Shown in pieces: positions 58,115-64,000 of a stretch of 64,000 nucleotides of DNA. How positions within the stretch are numbered: position 1 is the stretch's first letter; each line of letters starts with the position of its first letter. The notes beneath the pieces are model-generated. The model did not search any database. It was given only the letters and a program-made list of their open reading frames with translations, and had not been told where the DNA came from. The DNA is from an uncultured Kiritimatiellota bacterium (GTDB lineage Bacteria; Verrucomicrobiota; Kiritimatiellia; RFP12; UBA1067): the NCBI GenBank assembly GCA_934621385.1, contig CAKTUI010000006.1:3221-67220 (forward strand). Direction: 5' to 3'. The translations under genes and the position numbers were made by a program.

Positions 58115-59229
58115 TGAAGCGACTCCTTACGCCGCACCGACATTCGTTCATCCACGGAGTTCCAGTCAATTGTCGTTGATAGGCTTTCTAACATCTCCTC
58201 GGACCCAAGCCGCCAATCAACCCAACGATTCGCCAAGCCAAACGACTGCATAAGCTCCTTCTGGCGCAAATTCTGGTCTGTACCCGCTGGACAATTCTGT
58301 TGAATGGAGAGAAAGTTCTTGTGGTAGGTCATCGCGAACACTGAACCATGGTAGGAGTTGGTGATGAAGGTGCTCGCATCGTCAAGTGCCCGCAAGAACT
58401 CGCTCGGGGAGAGGACAATTCGGCATTCAGAAGGTAGCACTCGCTCCGTCCCCTGTATGCCCACGACCTTCAACTCACATCCCATTCGCTCAGCCAACCG
58501 CTCGTATTTCTCAAGACTCAAATCCTCCCTTCGGGCAATGTTGACAAGATAGCAAAACATCGTCGGCCGCGTAAAAATCGACTTCCGACTCTGAATGTCA
58601 CGGAAGTCGGACACTGTCAACAATTGGACAGGATCCGCAACCTGCCGGACATCAGACCCAACTGGAGCCAGTCCTCGAGCAAACGCAACACCCTCAGATT
58701 CCCGCAGCCCCAATGCCGTAAATCGTTTCAGTCGTTCCGCAAGAACGGCTTGCCAATCGGTATGGGCCTTCAGTTGCATCCAATCCGTGCTGGCTGCATA
58801 GGTAATTAGCGGGTTGTTCGTCGGCACCTCGCACAACCATCGCTGGGGCGTATCTCGACAAAACACCTGATCTCCGCCTCGAACTCCCATCGTCTCCGCG
58901 TCAAATAGGGGCTTCTCGTAGAGCTGTCCGATAAGCCCCTGATAGTCCCTCACAAAAAGACTCATTGCCCGATTGCGCAGTCTCATCTGCTCTGTCTTCA
59001 GCCGACACTCAGAATCCCTGCGCAGGAACCAGTACAGTGGTCGGAGAAAATCGACCAAGCACTTTGAAATCCGTTGCACAAGCGGTCGCCTCTCTTCTGG
59101 CGAGAAAACACGAAAGGGGCGGCATCCAAACCCCTTCAGCACCTTCCTCAATGCATAGTGCTGAAAGAACGAACCATAATTGGACAGCAGATAATACTGA
59201 CTAATTGTCGCTATTGCTACCGTTCTCAC
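58072..59229 (-). CDS. Polysaccharide pyruvyl transferase (second copy)
   Basis: TNSYHGSVFA motif; overall similarity to the PS_pyruv_trans family. Confidence 0.65.
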   Translation of the reverse strand: MRTVAIATISQYYLLSNYGSFFQHYALRKVLKGFGCRPFRVFSPEERRPLVQRISKCLVDFLRPLYWFLRRDSECRLKTEQMRLRNRAMSLFVRDYQGLIGQLYEKPLFDAETMGVRGGDQVFCRDTPQRWLCEVPTNNPLITYAASTDWMQLKAHTDWQAVLAERLKRFTALGLRESEGVAFARGLAPVGSDVRQVADPVQLLTVSDFRDIQSRKSIFTRPTMFCYLVNIARREDLSLEKYERLAERMGCELKVVGIQGTERVLPSECRIVLSPSEFLRALDDASTFITNSYHGSVFAMTYHKNFLSIQQNCPAGTDQNLRQKELMQSFGLANRWVDWRLGSEEMLESLSTTIDWNSVDERMSVRRKESLQWLGSVLGLVEERE

Positions 59230-60245
59230 TTGACCTCCACAAAGATGTCATTCATGCTTTTGCGCGGCGAGGAAGCAATTTGAAAACTTTCTGGCGCACG
59301 CCCGCACGACAGAATGACGGCAATTAACTCATTTGGCGGCAATCCCAAAACCTTATGCGCAGCCAAATCATTTTTTGGAGGAACGGACCAGTTCAGAATG
59401 CAGTGCGCAATCTTGTGATAATGAAGCGAATAGCAGAGGTTCATCGTGAAGATTCCAGCGTTCGTATAGAGGTCATTACGCTCTTCAGGCCATCTGTTCC
59501 CGCAGAGGTCGGCCGTCACTACGAGAAGTTTGTCTGCATCATGCCCAAACCCCCGATTGCCATTCTGTAATGCGAGAATTCTGTCCCGAATCTCGTGATT
59601 TGAAACGCAGTAGACTTTAACAAATTGGCGATTACAGGCAGATGGTGCCGTCATCGCAAGTTGAACGGCCTTTTTGACTTCCTCAATCTCAATTTCGCCA
59701 TCGTAATGACGCGATGTGTGGCGCGAAGCCGCAAATATGGGAAATGGCGAATCGTTGTATGCGAAGAACTCTTCACGCGTCATTTCAATTTGCCGCGCTG
59801 GCGCAACGCGGGGCCGATTTTCGCAAAAGAACCGAATCTTTCCCCAATAGGATTTATCCCTTGACATATCAAATGCGCTTGATGCATGAAGTTCATAATA
59901 TTCCTTGACACATCCAACCGCATGACTAACCTGTTCTTCTAAGACACCAAATGTGCGCTCAAACTCCTCAATTCGTTCAATGAGGCCAAGAACCGCCGCA
60001 TGTCCAAAGTCCAAATGCCTATGCGGCATGGTCAATCCCTTTTCAAGGACATGATAGGCCATAATAATACGCGCCAAAGCGGCATCCTTGCGCTCCGGAT
60101 GAAAGCATCCCGCATACTTGACAAATTGGCGACGGTCATAAGAAAACAGTTTCCGAGTCCGTATGCATGGCAATTTCCTCAATTTCCGGATTCCCCGAAC
60201 GAGAATAACCAAAGGGTACAACACTATTTTAAGATATTTCTTCAT
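59226..60245 (-). CDS. Nitroreductase-family protein with an N-terminal extension
   Basis: C-terminal nitroreductase fold (AMTAPSACNRQ). Confidence 0.6.
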   Translation of the reverse strand: MKKYLKIVLYPLVILVRGIRKLRKLPCIRTRKLFSYDRRQFVKYAGCFHPERKDAALARIIMAYHVLEKGLTMPHRHLDFGHAAVLGLIERIEEFERTFGVLEEQVSHAVGCVKEYYELHASSAFDMSRDKSYWGKIRFFCENRPRVAPARQIEMTREEFFAYNDSPFPIFAASRHTSRHYDGEIEIEEVKKAVQLAMTAPSACNRQFVKVYCVSNHEIRDRILALQNGNRGFGHDADKLLVVTADLCGNRWPEERNDLYTNAGIFTMNLCYSLHYHKIAHCILNWSVPPKNDLAAHKVLGLPPNELIAVILSCGRAPESFQIASSPRKSMNDIFVEVK

Positions 60246-60250
60246 TTCGC

Positions 60251-61798
60251 TTACAGCCGCTTCAACACTTTTGCTATTCTTGTTCTCAAGAATTCGCGTT
60301 CTCGCAAATCCAAAACAAAAAATAATATCAATGGAATCAGAACAACTTCAACAAAAACCGTCGTCACACAGATCCGCAGAAAAGAGGGTTGCATAAAGAA
60401 ACTAGGAATTCGTCCAATGGCAAGCGATACTGCACTTACGCCAAATATCGGAGCCAATATGCGGAAGAGCCAATATCTGGGTGAAATTCTTAAAAGTATC
60501 TTCACAGCCACAATACGAACCAGTACGACCAACACCAGAGTTGAAAATAGTGCATAGCCAACCGAATAAATTCCAAGCCCACATTTCATCATAACCCAAG
60601 CAATGGGCAAGGTCAAGATGAAACTAAGACCGACAAGGAACTGATACCAAGCAATTTTCCCATTGGCCGCAACGACAACCCAATGGCCAGTTGTCATATT
60701 CTCCAGGATCAGGACAATCATCAGCCAAATACTGAGCCCGCCAGCACAGTTCGGTGGACTCTTCAACCAAATACGCATAACCTCGTCAACTTCAAGAGCA
60801 AGCGGAATCGCCAATGGCAAAATCAATACCGCGCCAAACTTACATGTCATGTGCACCAGCGAGATCATCCGTCCACGATCTTCCGCCCCCCTTGCATTCG
60901 TAATCGCTGGCATAAACGCCCCAACCATGGCACTTGCAAGCGTTTGTGTATGTCCAGCGATTGATGTCGAAACCGTCATCGTTGCATTAAAAATAGGTCC
61001 CAACATCTTGTTAACGAGGACAGACAGTCCCTGACTCTTCAACAAATTTCCAAGTGCACCAAAAAAATTCCACCCCGCATAGGAAAGAAGTTGCCGAATA
61101 TCCATCCAATTAAACAAATGGTGAGCCAAAAGCCGACATTCTCGGAAAAGCATACAGGCCCGCACAGCAATAATCAGCGAGGGAACAATGGAGAGAAGAC
61201 ATGACCAAAATGCAAATCGCGCCAGCCACACTCCTGGATGAGTAACCATGTAGAAAAGGAAAAACGCATTCAACGTCGTTGTGACAAATGAATAAATAGT
61301 AAGTTCGGCTATGTACTGCTTAGCCGTATACATAGCATTAAATGGCACACACACCATACCAAGAAAACAAGAAAGACAGACAAAGCGAAAAACCCAGACA
61401 CAATCTGCCACCCGATCAACAGGAATGGTCAAATAATAGCGTACGCACCAAACGCCCAAAGGATAGCCAATTGCCATTAAGGCAAGCGGAAGTAGAGTGT
61501 GAATTGAAACGGCCACCGTAAACCAGCGACGGCACTCTCTTAGACCATCAACGGCACAACCCTTCTTTTGCGCCGCACCAACCGAAAATGCATAAAACCG
61601 ACCTATTGAAGTTGCCAATATGGAATTAAGGAATGCAATAAAGACCGTCAATCCACCGACAACGCCATAAAGTCCATAGTCAACTTGCCCCAGTGCCTGC
61701 AGAGCCCACCGTGCGGTAAAGAGTCCAATCACCAGCGCATAAAGCGACCGTCCATAGGTCGCAACAATATTCAGGAATATACGCTTATTGGGGGACAT
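60251..61798 (-). CDS. wzx: Oligosaccharide flippase (Wzx, MOP superfamily)
   Basis: 515 aa, about 14 TM helices, family-typical N-terminal block. Confidence 0.8.
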   Translation of the reverse strand: MSPNKRIFLNIVATYGRSLYALVIGLFTARWALQALGQVDYGLYGVVGGLTVFIAFLNSILATSIGRFYAFSVGAAQKKGCAVDGLRECRRWFTVAVSIHTLLPLALMAIGYPLGVWCVRYYLTIPVDRVADCVWVFRFVCLSCFLGMVCVPFNAMYTAKQYIAELTIYSFVTTTLNAFFLFYMVTHPGVWLARFAFWSCLLSIVPSLIIAVRACMLFRECRLLAHHLFNWMDIRQLLSYAGWNFFGALGNLLKSQGLSVLVNKMLGPIFNATMTVSTSIAGHTQTLASAMVGAFMPAITNARGAEDRGRMISLVHMTCKFGAVLILPLAIPLALEVDEVMRIWLKSPPNCAGGLSIWLMIVLILENMTTGHWVVVAANGKIAWYQFLVGLSFILTLPIAWVMMKCGLGIYSVGYALFSTLVLVVLVRIVAVKILLRISPRYWLFRILAPIFGVSAVSLAIGRIPSFFMQPSFLRICVTTVFVEVVLIPLILFFVLDLREREFLRTRIAKVLKRL

Positions 61799-61820
61799 GG
61801 TTCACGCTAAACTGAAGACA

Positions 61821-63170
61821 TCAGAATTCTGCCGCCAACTTGTAGAGATAACTGTCCGTCATTCCAACCACGAAATCAAGCACAGCATGAGCCCACCAAT
61901 CAGATCCTTCGCTCATATTGCTTACATAGTAAGATTCCCCGCCCCATGCCAATGTCACCAACCGCTGACATATGAACGGTAGATCCCGATAGTCCACAGG
62001 ATCTCTTTTAGCCTTAATGGAGGTAAGGAACTGCAAATATTTCCCGAAAATCCGTTCGATCTGCCCATAGGCTCCAATTTCGGTAATCACCTTCCTTCTT
62101 TCCGAAAAAATGCTGTCATACCGAATCTTAATCTGCGCCAGAACTCCACTCCACTTACTATCTATCGCACTCCGCAAATCACCTTGGAAATTCCCCGCAA
62201 CAATATCGTCGTAGCGCCGCTCAAAAACTGCAGCAAACTCGTTTATTAGATCGCCAATTGCCTTAGCCTTAATCCGTTGCAACGACGCACCTTTCAACTT
62301 CTGACAACAATCGAACGACATCCCGTCCATCAGCAACTGCTTGACCTCATTCTCGTCCATAATTCCCATAATGACCGCATCTTCAAAATCACTGATACGA
62401 TAACAAATGTCATCCGCCGCTTCTGTGACGTACGACAACGGATGCCGTTGACCACTCTTCAAGCCAAGTTGATCCCACAGCGACTTGAAGATTGCCTCCT
62501 CAGAAAAGAATGCGGCACTTTTCTTCTTTTGACGACCCTCCTCACTGTTGGTCGCAAAAGGATATTTGACCAGTGCCCCCAAGACGGCTACCGTCAACTT
62601 GTAGTAACACGTCTCACGCGGCTTTGGATTAACAGCCATGCGAAACGCCTGTGCGTTGCCATCAAAATACATTAAATCATTCAGTACCGGCTTCCCACAC
62701 AATTCCGCAATTAACTTTTTATTTTGACTCTGTGAGGCCCACGCACGTATCGCATCTTCTCCTGCATGGCCATAGGGCGGATTCCCTATATCGTGCATTA
62801 AACCTGCCGCTTGACAAATCCAGCCAATCTCATTGATTTGAGTTTCCGACTGCAAGTCCCCTTTGCTCTTCAAGATAAAAGTCGCAACCTTCTTACCCAA
62901 TTCAGATGCTACATACCCGACCTCTGTCGAATGTGTCAATCTATTGTGTATATAATCTACATCTGCAAAAGGATGGACTTGCGTCTTGCCCGCAAGCCTA
63001 CGAAAAGGTTGAGAGAAAACAACACGGCCTATATCGGCCTCAAATGGACTGCGCCCCTCCTGAGTACATGAATCCTTGAAGCAAAAGCCTTGTCCCCGTC
63101 CCACTTCCTTATCAAATCGTTTGGAAGAAAGCCACTTATTCCACAAATCCTTAAATTCGCCGTATGCCAT
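61821..63170 (-). CDS. dGTP triphosphohydrolase (Dgt)-family HD-domain protein
   Basis: RLTHSTEVGYV, LMHDIGNPPYGHAGE, FDGNAQAFRM, EAADDICYRISDFEDAV and VGMTDSYLYKL align with conserved E. coli Dgt blocks. Confidence 0.8.
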   Translation of the reverse strand: MAYGEFKDLWNKWLSSKRFDKEVGRGQGFCFKDSCTQEGRSPFEADIGRVVFSQPFRRLAGKTQVHPFADVDYIHNRLTHSTEVGYVASELGKKVATFILKSKGDLQSETQINEIGWICQAAGLMHDIGNPPYGHAGEDAIRAWASQSQNKKLIAELCGKPVLNDLMYFDGNAQAFRMAVNPKPRETCYYKLTVAVLGALVKYPFATNSEEGRQKKKSAAFFSEEAIFKSLWDQLGLKSGQRHPLSYVTEAADDICYRISDFEDAVIMGIMDENEVKQLLMDGMSFDCCQKLKGASLQRIKAKAIGDLINEFAAVFERRYDDIVAGNFQGDLRSAIDSKWSGVLAQIKIRYDSIFSERRKVITEIGAYGQIERIFGKYLQFLTSIKAKRDPVDYRDLPFICQRLVTLAWGGESYYVSNMSEGSDWWAHAVLDFVVGMTDSYLYKLAAEF

Positions 63171-63182
63171 AACCTAACCACC

Positions 63183-63365
63183 TCATCCCTTCATATCACA
63201 ATCTAACAGCCACCTTCCCAAACCGTTCCAGCCAATCACTTCGTGTAATATTCGGCCCCTGCCAACGCCATTCGCACCGACGAGGATGCGGAGATTCGGA
63301 ATGTTCCTCTTCTCCGCATCCTTGAAGGAACGAAAATTGCGCAATCTAATCGACTCAAGCCTCAT
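63183..63365 (-). pseudogene. 5' fragment (60 aa) of an AAA-type ATPase (IRLRNFRSF...LVGANGVGRGR)
   Basis: Walker A-like start of an AAA_15/AAA_23 family protein that stops after 60 codons. Confidence 0.4.
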
Positions 63366-63407
63366 TCTGTCTTTCTATTTATTCACCAACAGCGAATAAC
63401 CATGAGT

Positions 63408-63416
63408 ATTATATCA
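63408..63416 (-). promoter_or_regulatory. Extended -10 TGATATAAT, about 40 nt upstream of the ATPase fragment and the dGTPase gene
   Basis: Read directly. Confidence 0.45.
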
Positions 63417-63520
63417 TATTATTTGCTGTGACATTTGATTGGAATTCGCACGGAAAATTGTAAGATCTAATGGGTCAGCAAAAGCGGAAAGGACGATGAC
63501 AGGAAAGAAGGACGAGAAAA

Positions 63521-63547
63521 AGGGCTGTTCGGGGAAATGTGGCACGG
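63521..63547. repeat. Third copy (a half-site) of the 24-nt GGCTGTTCGGGGAAATGTGGCACG repeat
   Basis: Identical 24-mer to the left arm of the palindrome at 63649. Confidence 0.75.
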
Positions 63548-63648
63548 TTGGTCGCCTGATACATGCCGCATAATGGCGGCGTAGCCTTATAAAACAAGGC
63601 GAACTATGCGATAATCTCCCTTTGGACCTACCAAAGTTCAAAGGAGAA

Positions 63649-63719
63649 GAGGCTGTTCGGGGAAATGTGGCACGACCTCATGCCGCCAGAGGTCGTGCCA
63701 CATTTCCCCGAACAGCCTC
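63649..63719. repeat. Perfect 71-bp palindrome: 31-bp arms with a 9-bp spacer, followed by a T-rich run on the plus strand
   Basis: Read directly. The right arm is the exact reverse complement of the left arm. Confidence 0.85.
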
Positions 63720-63799
63720 TTTTATAAACCAACTCTTCGTGTACACGACACAGCTTGAGCAAAACATTTGGGAAAAGCAAACAAAAAACAGAGGAACTG

Positions 63800-64000
63800 G
63801 AGTCCGCCGCGCCCACGCTCACCGCGTAGAAACGCCCGACGGCGCAACCCAAAAGCGAATTGACGATGCCAATAAAGGCGACAAGCCCGCCAACCACGCC
63901 GTAGAGGCCGAAGTCCTCCTGTCCGAGGGCCTCCAGCACCCATCGCGCCGAGAACAGCCCGCAGACAAGCGCAAACAGCGACCGCCCGTAGGTGGCCACG
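63800..64000 (-). pseudogene. N-terminal fragment of a second Wzx flippase paralog (probably continues upstream beyond the window end; loses similarity at the palindrome)
   Basis: ATYGRSLFALVCGLFSARWVLEALGQEDFGLYGVVGGLVAFIGIVNSLLGCAVGRFYAVSVGAA closely matches the N-terminus of the flippase at 60251..61798 and then turns to junk. Confidence 0.5.

Noticed and set aside
1-64000. CRISPR arrays, rRNA genes, intact IS elements or transposases, integrases
   Set aside because: No regularly spaced direct repeats and no transposase- or integrase-like ORFs were found. The only mobile-DNA signatures are degraded remnants and repeat structures, reported separately.

Overview
The window is a compositional mosaic. 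Positions 1 to about 37.3 kb are high-GC (about 62-67%) chromosome with tightly packed housekeeping genes, interrupted by lower-GC islets at 10.9-12.6 kb and 26.6-31.5 kb. From 37.4 kb to the window end a roughly 40-50% GC surface-polysaccharide biosynthesis locus takes over, with almost every gene on the minus strand.

High-GC half, recognisable genes:
- glutamine-dependent NAD synthetase
- a KAS III (FabH)-like condensing enzyme
- the regulatory PTS set HprK / HPr / Enzyme I, plus HPF and LptB, with no rpoN
- KdsA, LpxC and a DnaQ-like exonuclease
- Ogt, an HU protein, an ECF sigma factor overlapping a Ser/Thr kinase, and an NYN / OST-HTH protein
- three tRNAs: Val-CAC, Gln-CTG and Asp-GTC
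- a giant secreted lipase-like protein that is translationally coupled to a tandem array of three paralogous secreted proteins

Polysaccharide locus:
- six GT4 glycosyltransferases, two GT2 and one GT26
- two pyruvyl transferases with an F420-dehydrogenase-like partner
- a LicD protein paired with a cytidylyltransferase
- an acetyltransferase, a nitroreductase-family protein, Wzx and Wzy-like proteins
- a dGTPase sitting unexpectedly inside the operon
- scattered degraded remnants: two AAA-ATPase 5' fragments, a truncated AlbA-like gene, a frameshifted AAA_14/DUF4143 gene, and a truncated second wzx copy

Recurring sequence-level signals:
- extended -10 promoters (TGnTATAAT) 6-10 nt upstream of start codons, consistent with leaderless mRNAs
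- G/C homopolymer tracts of 9-13 nt in and near surface-polysaccharide genes
- a 71-bp perfect palindrome with a third repeat copy at the locus edge
- a 14-bp inverted-repeat operator-like motif
- an in-frame TAG that splits a lipoprotein from its ankyrin-repeat continuation

No CRISPR array, rRNA or intact transposase was seen. All coordinates for internal start codons are good to within a few nucleotides.
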